DNA of 64,000 nt from Asterionella formosa (taxonomy: Eukaryota). A program made the translations under genes and the position numbers. The notes under the pieces are model-generated. The model had not been told where the DNA came from. It searched no databases and saw nothing but the letters and a program-made list of their open reading frames with translations. Below are positions 23,301 to 34,218 of this stretch, one piece after another (positions within the stretch are counted from its first letter, which is position 1; the number at the start of each line of letters is the position of its first letter). The stretch is taken from contig NKIB01013066.1 of assembly GCA_002256025.1 (NCBI GenBank), forward strand, positions 1 to 64,000, in the 5' to 3' direction.

Positions 23301-25165
23301 ATATCATTCTTTCCCTGTTCCAGCTTCTCGAGAAGGAATTTGGTTTCCTCTGGTTCGACTGAGGCAGAACGAATGCTTTGTCTCATTTTGGTCTCTGCCC
23401 TCTCAAGCTGCACCTTGAGCTGGTTCAGTTCATCACTGTGACTCTTACAAGCACGACGGACTATTTCCAAGTCGTTGTGAGCAACCGAAAGTTCATCATT
23501 TCGTTTGTCAAGACTCCTTTGGAGTGAGGCTATTTCTTCGTGTTTGGCCCTCTCAAAGTCAGCGAGCAGTTCGTCGTGTTCCTTTTCCATTTCAATCCGT
23601 TCCTTGGCGGCACTTGCGACCACATCCCGAAGCCGTTTGTTCACGCGGGACTCTTCTTCTTCGCGCACATCCCTACCATTCAGAAGACTACTCTCTTGAC
23701 TACTGCGGGACTCGTCGCGTCCCTCTTCGAGAATAGTGATACGGCTCTCAGCATCATCGCGTTCGGCCACCAGCTTGTCCCTTTCCAAGCGTAGGCACGA
23801 TATTTCATGCTCGTTCTGTTTCTTTAGTTCATTCAAGTCGTCGCCAAGCTTGCGATAGGCCTCGTTGGATTCATGCAAAGCTGTCTCCAATCGAAGGATG
23901 CGTTCCTCGGTTTCAGTCTCATGAGCTTCTTGCAAGGCAATTATCTCCCGAGAGAGTTTATCAACATGCTTTTGCAGTGTATCTGCCTCCTCCATACTTT
24001 CCATGAGAGCCTCATCTCGCTCTGAAATCGCACGCTCCATCTCATCACAGTCTTCCTTGAGCCGATTGATTTCTTCAAGATGAGAATCATTCAAGATACG
24101 AAGATCAGAAGCTTCATCGTGGTGGTAAATGGAATGGGATTCTGCCTCTGCATGCAATTTGGCATTATCAGTCATCAGGTCTGCGACTTGTTCAGCGTAC
24201 ACAGCAACTTGTTCCTTCAAGGCCGATATGTCTTTTTCGCGTTCCTCAAGCGTCGATTTGAGATCGGCATTGATTTTTTCTGTATCAGCATGACTTCTCA
24301 GTTCGATTTCCCTTTTGGAGAGGGTTACTTGAGATTCTGCCAGCTTGGCCCGAAGAATCGTCAATTCTGATTCTTGTTCCTTTTGCACCCGTTTCGATTC
24401 TTTTTCAAGAGCAGCAAGAGATGACTTCGTTTCAATAAGAATCCGTTGTTTTTCAGCGTTTTCTTTCTTAGACTCTTCAAGCTTCTTCCAGCTCTGCATG
24501 ACGTTGTTGCTGCCATCGGATGGATCTTTTTCTGTCAACTGCGAGCGGAGCCTCTCATTTTCGACCTGAAATTCTTGGAATTGTTTCTTAAGCGACTCCA
24601 TCTCTCTTACCATTTCCTGCTTTTCGACATCCCACTTACTTACTTCATCTTTCTTGTCATATTCGGCTTCTTCTACCTCGTTTTGAAGTTGATAGAGCTG
24701 ATTCTTGAGATCTGCAATCGTGTGACGTTGAAAGGAGGTCTCTTCTTTCAGTTTAGACAGGGCAGTATCGCGCTCACGTATCCTGTTCTCTACGGAGACA
24801 CCCCTTGATTCCATTTCCTTTATGAGCTGTTCCTTCTTTTCCAAGCTTTCCTGGAGTCGGCGCTCTTCTTCCCCAAATTTCACTGTTACTTGATTGATCT
24901 GATTCATAAAATCAGCCTCCATTTCTGCAGTTTTCGCAGTCAATTTGGCATTTGAAGCGCGTAAATCCTTTACCATCTGGGCTGTACTTTTCCCATGACC
25001 TGAATCATTATGACTGCTTCGTTCCATAGCGTCGTCAGACGGCACTCGTAGAAGAAATGGGGAACTGCTGCGGGGCGGACCATGCGACGATGACTGACGA
25101 GGTGCTTTGCCAGAAATGACATCCAAAGTTCCGTCCAGCCAGCTTCGAGTACTAGTAGCAGACAT
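20312..25165 (-). CDS. Very long coiled-coil protein with S/P-rich tail, function unknown
   Basis: About 1600-aa uninterrupted E/K/L-rich heptad ORF, first ATG at 25165 (MSATSTRSWLDG). An internal motif (LEDRDTTISTLVKSS / LEERDSAIAALVKQS) occurs twice. Confidence 0.88.
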   Translation of the reverse strand: MSATSTRSWLDGTLDVISGKAPRQSSSHGPPRSSSPFLLRVPSDDAMERSSHNDSGHGKSTAQMVKDLRASNAKLTAKTAEMEADFMNQINQVTVKFGEEERRLQESLEKKEQLIKEMESRGVSVENRIRERDTALSKLKEETSFQRHTIADLKNQLYQLQNEVEEAEYDKKDEVSKWDVEKQEMVREMESLKKQFQEFQVENERLRSQLTEKDPSDGSNNVMQSWKKLEESKKENAEKQRILIETKSSLAALEKESKRVQKEQESELTILRAKLAESQVTLSKREIELRSHADTEKINADLKSTLEEREKDISALKEQVAVYAEQVADLMTDNAKLHAEAESHSIYHHDEASDLRILNDSHLEEINRLKEDCDEMERAISERDEALMESMEEADTLQKHVDKLSREIIALQEAHETETEERILRLETALHESNEAYRKLGDDLNELKKQNEHEISCLRLERDKLVAERDDAESRITILEEGRDESRSSQESSLLNGRDVREEEESRVNKRLRDVVASAAKERIEMEKEHDELLADFERAKHEEIASLQRSLDKRNDELSVAHNDLEIVRRACKSHSDELNQLKVQLERAETKMRQSIRSASVEPEETKFLLEKLEQGKNDIAMIQKALRESQIALLALDDEKERVENQLKETRAKWEEQRSELIDHYETQLLVKDEELAQVINRSGDSRNLTEIVIECAKLEECIKRKDVEILMLSKGDINKTSNEHVGAMEEALRRELIAAKDAEEKLTKALARSKSEHQQFEAKVKIKLEDRDTTISTLVKSSVSQEHKLAKMKVEVEALKSQLAACSNTTPSSLRATRSMRTAGNREEIDLLRASVEDCKETEQRLHSEVQRLEKELCAAQNEVTRLKLQLDNDINGGISRRTATNYLQRDRGVKGSLDNDLYETLEERDSAIAALVKQSMNQEAIVKKLNAEVERLKEDPKRRSPRKLLGSQDGPSWDEMKQLQKESEIFASQIIEQDEEIQALRYDVEDRDKEISDLKSDLADLQKELATARNKATPRDRDLDRIDELQAELDEMQEANETQRQEIRELRRQIRDSQTAFDTVDDLRLELELANKAMSDLRSKTGASAKEDASLRDELNAAIACKDAAEERLAQEMETMRKMRVAAVDELDAKLRERDEIIEELTGKHASTKGDIEGLKNEVQRLKIENELKSSIAEDAKTSLQELRKIIDEKTKPDEEKAALTAENSSLVNEINALKDHLATLEEDMVSINKLKARLHEAENGRENGEKSIMDSYERKITLMKLNTEVTIDNIRKELLEAKTQNSEIEAEMLKHIKAIELENKDLKDELEAKLQLKNSKIDALEQTLVAQEQLVENMRQEMDHLQGSMERSTIGRRAEIEEMQQEVIDSTGKAQKLEREITSLKMKLEQRELEYESQMNKMEERLGAMQESPLARTMTKETTDRIADLKEKFENLKWRNTSLQEENKSLRLKLERAQEDFAVMKNDVYRASALEKQNENLEKRVEGLEGEKSVWTSSTALTSRPQSSNPSPQSNNANNSKPPTPAENSKTRASSRARSGSAPRGVKAPSSPSMSRKTMQTRPESPGRSSKTIVPSSPGRFFLKRRPSNSRGAVNGETPKDDNSAASKLTF

Positions 25166-26349
25166 CTTGTGGATGGAATCAATTGTGGAAAATGCACAGA
25201 AAAGCAATGTAGTTCTAAATCATCGACAGGAACAAAACAAACTACAATAATGGAGAGCTACACAAATGATGCAATCGTTGACCAACAGTACCAGGGTACC
25301 AGGGAATAGAATGGACTGTAATAAGGATTGGTGACAAAAATTTTCCTTGTCGAATATTCCCGCCAATAATTAATCAATAGCAGGTGGGTATGCATCCAAT
25401 GCGTTGAGGCTGCCTTGCGACAGTTGGGAGTATACCCTATTAATACAATAATGGATATTGTGTAACACCAAATAAATACCGGGACTTATCCTGTGATTCT
25501 GATCATTGATCATCATACATGTAGCATGCAAGGAAGGTACAGGTACCAGATACTGTTGGTGCTAACGGCATGTTTTATGTTGACTACTCCATACTTGATA
25601 GAATACGTCTAGTTTTGCTGCTCATACATTCAAACACATGATAACGTGATCCATATTTCATCCTTGTCCCTCTTGATGAGTATATCGTAGGTATTTCAAG
25701 AATATACTATCAATGGCTATTATGAGTCACGAGAATGGTGGACACGATTATAGTCCGATGAATCAAATGGAGCATTCCCATGTCAAGAAACTAGCTAATG
25801 AGATTGATGTTCAAATCAATCAAAAGAAGGTTTGCATCAATGAAGAGAGAACGCGAAGAACACGTTCTCAAAGTATGATGAATGGGATTGAAACTAGGCT
25901 TTTATAGTAAGCTTATTAATTTAAGAAACAGTGAGAATTGGCAGAGAAAGGTCAATAGCGAAAATTATCAACAAGGCTAGCAACAATACTAGGTATAAGT
26001 ACTATTATTAAGTTCATTTTTATAGCGCCTTAAAACTGCTACTCTATTTGTGATAGGGAAACCATCATGGCACTTCCTGGTGTGATTATCCTGGGTGTTT
26101 GAAAATACTAACCCTCACTCGTGATATCATCATAACAGTTGTATTGACTTCTTCTGGCGCTGTCAAGCAGGGATGTGTTGTGTGGTGGGACTCTATCGAC
26201 CTGCTATCGATGTGTGTAGGAGTACAAAGTGGTGATGAAAGAGTGCTAAAGGTGAATTGTTGTGCCCTGTGACCTAACAAGAAAGTGTAAATATAGATTT
26301 GTGCTTGTGGTGGTTTGGTTGGCCACACTATGATGGTTTGTCGATGCTG

Positions 26350-26774
26350 TTCTTACTTTGCCGATTCCTCAAAGAGAAACAGCCTTCTCCAAAAAAGTCT
26401 TTTGGAGCCTAAGTTGGATCTGAGAAGATCCTCCAGTGGTTGGTGAAACAGATGTCTATCTCGTAGCCATACAGCGCTTTAATCCGCACTTCATTTTATG
26501 ACTGGACGATGTGAGCATATTTCCCATTATGGAGATATATGTTGCGGTCTGCCCACGCTTGGTTAGTCAGAAGCCATATCTCTATAATTGCACTCTTGAT
26601 GACCCACTGGAGGGCCTGTGCCTGCTGAGTGAATTCTGGAGGCTGGGAGAGATCCGCGTGTAGCGCTATTAAGAATTGGAGCTCGTCATTGTGAGGGATG
26701 GATGTGGTCGTGGGACCGCCTGCCTCTCTTGACATGAGATGACTAGCTAAATCCATATCTGTTTTTGGTTTCAA
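26350..26774 (-). pseudogene. Decayed C-terminal region of a non-LTR retrotransposon ORF2
   Basis: LQWVIKSAIIEIWLLTNQAWADRNIYLH followed by a stop and RIKALY. The W...I...W......W..RN...H pattern is typical of the region after the zinc knuckle in LINE ORF2 proteins. Confidence 0.5.
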
Positions 26775-27619
26775 AATATATTCGTCATGCCTGAAAGTGT
26801 GTCCTCACGCATCTGCATTTTGCTTAATATGATCATAAGAAGTGAAAATCGAAAAATCCCAAGAAAAAATTTTTAAAAGTGTAGTTGCCAATTTTTATCT
26901 TTCTTTATATATTATATACATCGATCTGTAAAGCTTAGGACAAGCAGCACAAAAGGGCAAGAATTGAGCCGGGGAAAATTGTGGTAGTCAAAAAGTCCCC
27001 GGAGACATTTGAACTATCGATGCAACTAATCATGGACAGAGGGAGTAAGTATGTTTGCATCCATACCTAACACCTCCTACTGGTTGAAAAATCTCATTAT
27101 TTTTTACCCTTATTTTCTGCTTCCTCTTTCCTCATCACTATGACTTCATGAGTTCACTACAAACCTGACTTATATTGGTCACTTTCAACCTATTCTTGCA
27201 AAGAGATTGCCACAGATTCCACTCAAGTAATAGCAACAGTGATTGAAACCCTCACTCATTCTCTCATTGTTACATTCTCTTGAAGAAGAGAACTAGCAGG
27301 GGAAGATCATTTGGGTGCCTCGGTTTGTCTTCCATTCCATTCTTCAATCGGTGAAGAAAACCAAGTTGTCAGCTTTGCTTGTTTGAGATCAAAATGTAGT
27401 AGACGGCCGGCCATACTGGAGGGCGTGCTGGGCGATGGTCCCTCGATGCGTGTGGGATATTGTTGCAGTTTTAAATAGAGTTGAACATTTTTTGCCATCC
27501 TAGCAGAATCCTCAAAAAGAAATGCTGCTTTTTCTAATTGTGCATTTTTGGAAACTTTTGTTAATGTGTTGATTGAGGTACATCACAAAAATATTTGGGG
27601 GGAAAACAGACCTTAATTA

Positions 27620-27816
27620 GTATTAAGAATGTAAATGCAATGCATCCCATTTTCTACATATGTTCAGTTTCTTGCTGTTTGATAAATGCACTAGTCTAGC
27701 CTTTAATATGCTCGCCTTTATACCTACATAGCTTAAAAGTGTTATTATTCATTCTTAATAAGTATGTATTAAGAATGTAAACGCAATGCATCCCATTTTC
27801 TACTTCTGTTCAGTTT
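27620..27816 (+). repeat. Imperfect 51-bp direct repeat (27620-27670, 27766-27816)
   Basis: GTATTAAGAATGTAAAYGCAATGCATCCCATTTTCTAC..TGTTCAGTTT occurs twice. An inverted partial copy CATTCTTAATA lies at 27750-27760. Confidence 0.9.
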
Positions 27817-29518
27817 TACCATACTTCTTAACCAGGTATTCGAAGCATTCACTCACCATTATAGAATCAATAATAATGCTTGATTCAAATCTTGAGATGA
27901 AAATCTTGTTCGCTATCTATTGGTATATCTGACTCTGCTCGCTGAATCAAACTAGAAAAAAAGCAACCAACTCGAGATGCAGCTGCTCGCGGAATGCGGG
28001 CTTGGCGCCTTCGCAACTCTGGTGGTATCAGTGCAAGTTCAAGGCTATCCCTGTGCAGCATGATGATTCGATTCGCTGTCCTCGCAGTTGGCGCCTTCAT
28101 AAGGTCCAAGCTATCCCTATGCATCGCAATCGCTCGTTGCTTTGACTTTCGTATCTTTTGCACGGGTGTTGAGTTCTTTTTGAAAAACAACAATTTTGCC
28201 TTCGCAAAGAGGTGCTCACGTGTCACCTTGTGATCACATTCCAAGCGTTGTGACGACCACAATGAGTTTGAGTTACTGATAGTAATGTCTTCGATTTTCG
28301 CTGAGAAAGCACGGATAATACGAGAAGCGGTTAGCAAAAGGTTGTCACTCCAACTGTCGTATTTAGCTCACTGATATCCAACGCTGCATGAATATTTCTG
28401 CTCACCTCGACAAACAGGCATTGATAGACTTTTTCCTGCTTGCAAAGATTGCATGATAGAAATATTACAGCTTCAATACGGTGCTTATGAACAAATTGAG
28501 ACTGACTTTGGTAAAACGAGAGGATAGATTCTGCCAAGATTCTGTGTGATATGATTGCATCGAAACAACAATCAAGTTTGCTGCAGTCTTGGTCCCACCT
28601 ATCATGCAGGTTTTGTACTACCGGTACCGGGGTACATGTACTCCCACTTCGCGCAACGATACTACCGGTACCGGTACATCACTTGCTGACACCACTCCTT
28701 CAATACCAGGTACCAGGTACCTAATTAGCGTGCACGTAACATACAATTCATTCCAGGATAATGAGGGAGTCTCCTGGATTCCTGCGGGTATCAGGTTCTG
28801 AATAACAGATACTCCTACCCCTTACTACTGGTACCGGTACCAGGTACCTGGTACCAGCACCGGGGAGCTTGTCAACGTAACGTGTACGGGAAGCATCTAC
28901 GTTGCAGTTCCTTGAAACAATTCTGTAAACGACGGATCAGTGGTACATGGTACCAGGTACTTGCTGGTTCCAACCATTACGATTGGGCATGTTGCAGTAA
29001 GCAGCCTACCAGTAGTACGAACACAGTGACACAGAGTCTCTCACACATGCGAGAATGCGTGGGCAGTGTTTTGAACAAAAGCAAAACTGAACCAAGAAGC
29101 GAAAGCAGGACTGATGCAAGATTCTTCCCGAAGTTGATGTTGAGTCAAGCATTGCCCATTTCTTCTAGTAATTTTCCTAGGCACGAGACGAATAAGAAGT
29201 GATGCGAAGAAGCCAAAATGGCACCAATGACACATCTCTTTCATCCAGCAAGAATCTTCACACAGCACAACAAACAATGCTGGTACTAAATCTGCTGACC
29301 AGTATGTACAGAACCAGCATGCATATGGATCATACGAACTACTTTCAATCATGACATAATTGCCACAGCTTGGCTAAGGTTGGTAGCATTGTTGTAGGAG
29401 GTGGGGAATTTTAGGTTATTTTTATTGCCCCAGAGGGTCGTTTTAGGTTTTTATCCACCTGTTAAGTCAGGAATTGAGAGTGAATCTTTTCTTGTCCTAC
29501 AGGCGAAAAATGGTATAA

Positions 29519-30403
29519 GGGCCAATCTTAACAGAGATACAAATTATTTTTTGTTGTATCTTCAGATTTTTTTACAGAGATACATTTCACAAATATATCT
29601 CTGTAACAGCAAAACAATTGGCCGTTTTCTTTATGTTCACTTTAAAATCGCCGGATACAGAAACAAAACAAAGATGATAACAATTACACTCATTAAGAAT
29701 TGGTTAGAGACTCTTGATTTTCGAGACATAATGGGGTACAACAAAAAGTCATCAAAAGAACCAAAGATTTATCTGAAAAGAAACAGAGCTCCCTTTACTC
29801 CTGAATCATCAACAAGGAAGTCTCCTTGGCTACTACTTTAAAAGCAACTTTCTACTACCAGAGAAGATATTGCCAATGAATCATATACAGGTTCCGAATT
29901 ATCTCCTTCCCAATTGTGTGCATTTACATCACCAGTTCCTGATGATATTTTATTAGATGACGATTCTGAAAGATCCAGCCACTGCTGCAATCAACACAAA
30001 GCTATATAGATTATCAATGACATCCCAACTGTCAGGTTCTTCCGGTCGATTTGTCATTGTCGTTACAGTAATGATAATGGTCAGACACGTTGAATAATTG
30101 AAGCACACATTGCAAATATTTTTGCTGAGTCTGAAAATGCACATGTTTGTAGAGACATAAAGAAAACGGCTAACTGTTTTGCCATTACAGAGATATATTT
30201 GTGAAATGTATCTCTGCTGTAAAAAATAATTCTGAAGATGCAACAAAAAATAATTTGTATCTCTGTTAAGATTGGCCCTTATACACATTTCGGAGGAACA
30301 AAAAATGTGTTGCTGGAATCAACATATCACCCGGATATGTGAGATACAAAAAATTGGGCCATGCAACATTTTTTTGTTTTTGTATCTCTGTTAAGATTGG
30401 CCC
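29519..30403. mobile_element. Non-autonomous PIF/Harbinger-like TIR element with TAA target duplication and duplicated right terminus
   Basis: TAA|GGGCCAATCTTAACAGAGATACAAA at 29516-29543 and TTTGTATCTCTGTTAAGATTGGCCC|TAA ending at 30403-30406. An inner right end at 30278 (followed by TTA) terminates a ~125-bp arm (30155-30284) inverted to 29513-29636. Confidence 0.75.
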
Positions 30404-30877
30404 TAAGTCTACAGAAATAATTAGACTTCCATTTCAGTTCTTAGAATTTTAGGTGTGGGAAAACCTAATAAGAATGATTTGCTGCCTTCAATACTTTTGT
30501 GCTCCCTACAGTGTAAACGGATGACGGATTCCGGTCCATAGATTGACTTTGGTAGGTGATGCATTGGGTCTAGCACAGTACAGTACCAGTAGGTACCAGA
30601 TACTGCTGGTATTTAAACCTGGAAGGTCCGGTAGCACGTGTTTTATGCGCACCTTTTCAGTTTTGATGCACTCCCAATAGATTGTGTCATGCCTGTCAGA
30701 CAAGATAGAATGGCTTTGCATTCCAAACTCTCTGGAGCAACTTTCTGCAATTTTAAAATATCATTCATTAAATTCAACTGGTGTTCTGATCATCGAAATT
30801 GTGTTCACCTACTACTGGTAATAGTAATCAGCAACTGGATGACGGTTTGCTACTAATGGAATTCACCAAACAATAAC

Positions 30878-30924
30878 TTCTAGTTGTAGTCAGCAGTTTC
30901 TAGTTGTAGTATACAGTTTCTAGT
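30878..30924 (+). repeat. Short 20-nt tandem repeat (about 2.3 units)
   Basis: TTCTAGTTGTAGTCAGCAGT TTCTAGTTGTAGTATACAGT TTCTAGT. Confidence 0.8.
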
Positions 30925-31604
30925 CATTGTTGCCAACTGGATCAGCAATCATGAACAAAGAGTCATTTTGAAAATGCCAATGGACTATTACTAATAGACA
31001 TTACTTAAATAGAGAATCAACAAAATTTCGTTCGACCTACCGATAAACATAGCGTAGCGTGCTGTGTACTGTTGTTTTGAATTGTGCATCATCTAAACTA
31101 CTACGTGAAGCAATGCTTCATTGGCGACTTCAATTTTCCTTTTCAATATGATTGTTATTACAATAATTTTTTACGATTGTATTATCTATGTTTCGTTCGA
31201 TATATTTACCAAATAGCATAGTGTAGTTTTCATTTTTCATGGAGAAATTCGTTATTTTCGTTGTGGTCAATGCGGAGATGACATGATGGCAGGATTCTCC
31301 AGCCGCACACAAGAACTACACTAGAAGATGACTCTTTTTTATGTATGCAAAACTAATATTTGGCATCGCAAAATTAATATCATACTGCAACACGGTACGA
31401 GCGGCTACCCGATGTACTTTGGGGATGCGTACTGATTCTTACTCTCATTGTATAGACTTTTTCAATATACTTGGGTACTCAATATACTGCTCTTGGGTAC
31501 GTATTTGTCACCTGTGAAATGAGTGTTCCCATCACGTCCACATGACTAGCACACATTTCGTACTACGTAATTATGTACACGAGATCGAACATGGGGCCTG
31601 ACTA

Positions 31605-32760
31605 CTACAACCGGTTTACGCTCTGAGAGAAATATGGAGTAATGCTGCTGCAATAGAAGATGAAGCATACATGTGGTGAAGGAAATGTTAAATCCCTCTT
31701 ATCCCCTGTTCTATTGTGAGATGCACGGTTGGATAAACCTCCTTTCGCCTTTGGCGCATCTACCACTGGGAGAGAAAAGTTCTGGTTAAAACCCATCTTT
31801 CCCAGAGAGGCTCTCTGGGCTTCCTTTTGAATGTCCTCCAGGTGTCCCAAGGAAAGACTTGTGATTGGCAATGATTTTAGCTGCTGTGTTGCCCATACCA
31901 TTCTATGGGACAGATTTGCATCGCTTCGCCTATGTTGCTGAGACATGGTAAGAATCGCATGGCAATCTCTTTTTAGCTTCATTCTCTTGAATTCATCAAT
32001 CCACTTGTTGTTTACTGGGACCATCACCCCAAGTAGTTTTTAGCTACCTTTTACTGATTTGTTCTGGATTGCAACCTTGTGTGTGTCCATGCCCAAGATT
32101 AGACTAGCTAGGCCCAGAGATTGATAGACACCATTGCCAAAGTCATGTGCCCCAATGTCATCATATAATATTAGCATTTAATCAGCTCTAATGCATCGGA
32201 CAGAGGCAAACCATAAATTTTGCCACGGTTGAGCACATTTTTGTAGACAAGCCAGCATGGAGACCACAGAGCTCGGTCGCTCTCTGAAAGTTTGTGAATC
32301 CTAGGGAGGTATTGTCAACAAACGCATCTGCATTTCTCGAGGACACCACTTTGCCTGCTGTTGGGTTGGCAAACCTCATCGTTTGGGGGCTGCAAGACTG
32401 TACGCTGTTAAAAGTACTACACAAATCGATAGCCAGACAGCAGGTGAGGTACCGCTACCCTGACCTGTGCTGGCTAAGGGTTTGGAGTGGGTCCCGCTGT
32501 AATAGTCCTTCTTTGACACTCCATACACCATTTTGATAGTATATTTCATCTGACCTTAGGTTTCTGAGCGAGCCATTATGGAGACTGGCCTTCCCAACCT
32601 TCTGACGCAAACCATAGCCAAGTTAACCAAAATTCTATCATAGAAACTCGCTATGTTGTTGTCGAAGATTGCCATGTTTGACTTGCATTAACATGATACA
32701 GGCTTTCACAGACAAACAGACAGACACATGAATCTATGGCATGGTGCGTAGGACAGTGAT
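31605..32760 (-). pseudogene. Decayed reverse transcriptase of a non-LTR retrotransposon (Ambal-like diatom LINE)
   Basis: Minus strand reads NMAIFDNNIASFYDRILVNLAMVCVRRLGRP...*GQMKYTIKMVYGVS...STGQGSGTSPAVWLSI, then a frameshift to ADAFVDNTSLG (the YADD-equivalent FVDD motif), then KLLGV...LPITSLS...IQ...LGKMGFNQNF...VVDAPKAKGGL. Multiple stops and frameshifts. Confidence 0.85.
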
Positions 32761-33710
32761 TCAAAACATCCACCCATCTCATAAAATAATGAGAGATCTG
32801 GAAGAAAAGTAACAGGAATTGTCCGGTCATGTTTGTGACTGGTGAGGTCCAGGGAAGCAAGAGTTGGCGATCAATACCCGCGAAATGAAGGAATTTAGTT
32901 TCCCTCATATTTATGCAATGATGCATAAGAAGCACCAAAAGGCAAGATGATGGTAATGAAAGAATCTTGGCATCAAGAGGAAAAAGTCAATCATAAACAA
33001 TGAGATTTGTCTATGGTAGGTATTTGCGTGTAGGCCTTGAGTGCTGGTCCTGTCATAAACAGAAGAAGGAAAATAGGACACATGGATCTGTTGATTCCTG
33101 AGATTCATCAGGGCATGAATTTGATTGTTCAATTGATTCAGTAGGACTGTAAAGCCACTTAAAGCATATTCCAGTGTGAGTGTATGTTGAGGCACAGTAG
33201 AATATGGTAAGATGGAATCAAAATGAAGGTGGCAAGGGGTGATGTGGATTGCCAATAGCTATAAAATATTCATGAATCATTTCATCTACATTCTATCATG
33301 ATGGGTGTGGTCCACCAGAGGTAGAAGTCATTCTTATGTGTACATTTTGTTCTGACCATTTTTAGGTATCAGTTTGACCTAAACTTCAGGGTGTGAAGAC
33401 GAAGTTGAAAATAATATATAAACTGCAGGACAACCTTCTAAACAGTCATTGGTTTAAAAAATAAAAATAAATACCCGGTAGATTAAAGAATATTAAATGG
33501 TATCTCATGAAAGGTGTAGCAATGGCTTGACTCGAAATCGGAAGTAGTCCCGTACACCATTCAAAGGTAGTTGGCCTTTCTTCTGGCAATTACAACATAT
33601 ATTTTAGTCTTGTATCTCGCTCCCTCTTCATTGTTACATGAAATTGGTTTAATAAGCGACTAAGAATTTTTTGAAAACAACAACCTGGAATGATTACATA
33701 CCGATTTCGA

Positions 33711-34218
33711 ATGAAAAGGGAACCCGGCTTCAAATTTCATCATGAAAGAGAATTCGGTTGCAAGATTTTTCTTTGAAAGTTTTTTTGGCGGAAAATGATA
33801 ACAGCTCCTTCGGTGGCGTCGTTCGAGGATAGTGTTTTCAGTAAGGACTCGTCTTGACTTCCACACCCTCCTTTACTTCATCCATATCATCGTCCTCTTC
33901 AATTGTGAAGGACCAATCATGGAATTCACCCATGCTAGCAAATTTTTGCAAATCTTCTTGCGATACGCTGACGCGCAACGACTGGAGGCGAGAAAGAGGA
34001 GAGCCGTCCGTCTTGCGGTACCTTACTACGTGCGCTTCTTCACTGCTCGTGGAGACACAAAGTTTGGAGCATGTATCGTCCAATCGATCAAGGCATTTAC
34101 GAAGGAAGCGCTTGACAGTTGCTCCAGTTTGTCGTCGTCGCTTCAAAGTGTGTATTCCTTGTTCAAACGACCCTTCTGATTCTGATCCAATCCACCAAGA
34201 ATCGTCCATCACCGTCAT
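33711..34218 (-). CDS. Small hypothetical protein, possibly with a premature stop at 33838-33840
   Basis: 126-aa ATG ORF in a CpG-rich island within the transposon block. The frame stays open for about 36 more codons after the TGA (KHYPRTTPPKELL...). No recognisable domain. Confidence 0.4.

Noticed and set aside
25713..25907. 64-aa ORF at the edge of the transposon block
   Set aside because: Too short, no motif, no supporting gene structure.
29401..30288. Two similar ORFs (IRANLNRDTNYFLL...) on opposite strands
   Set aside because: They are the two arms of the inverted repeat; no coding signature.
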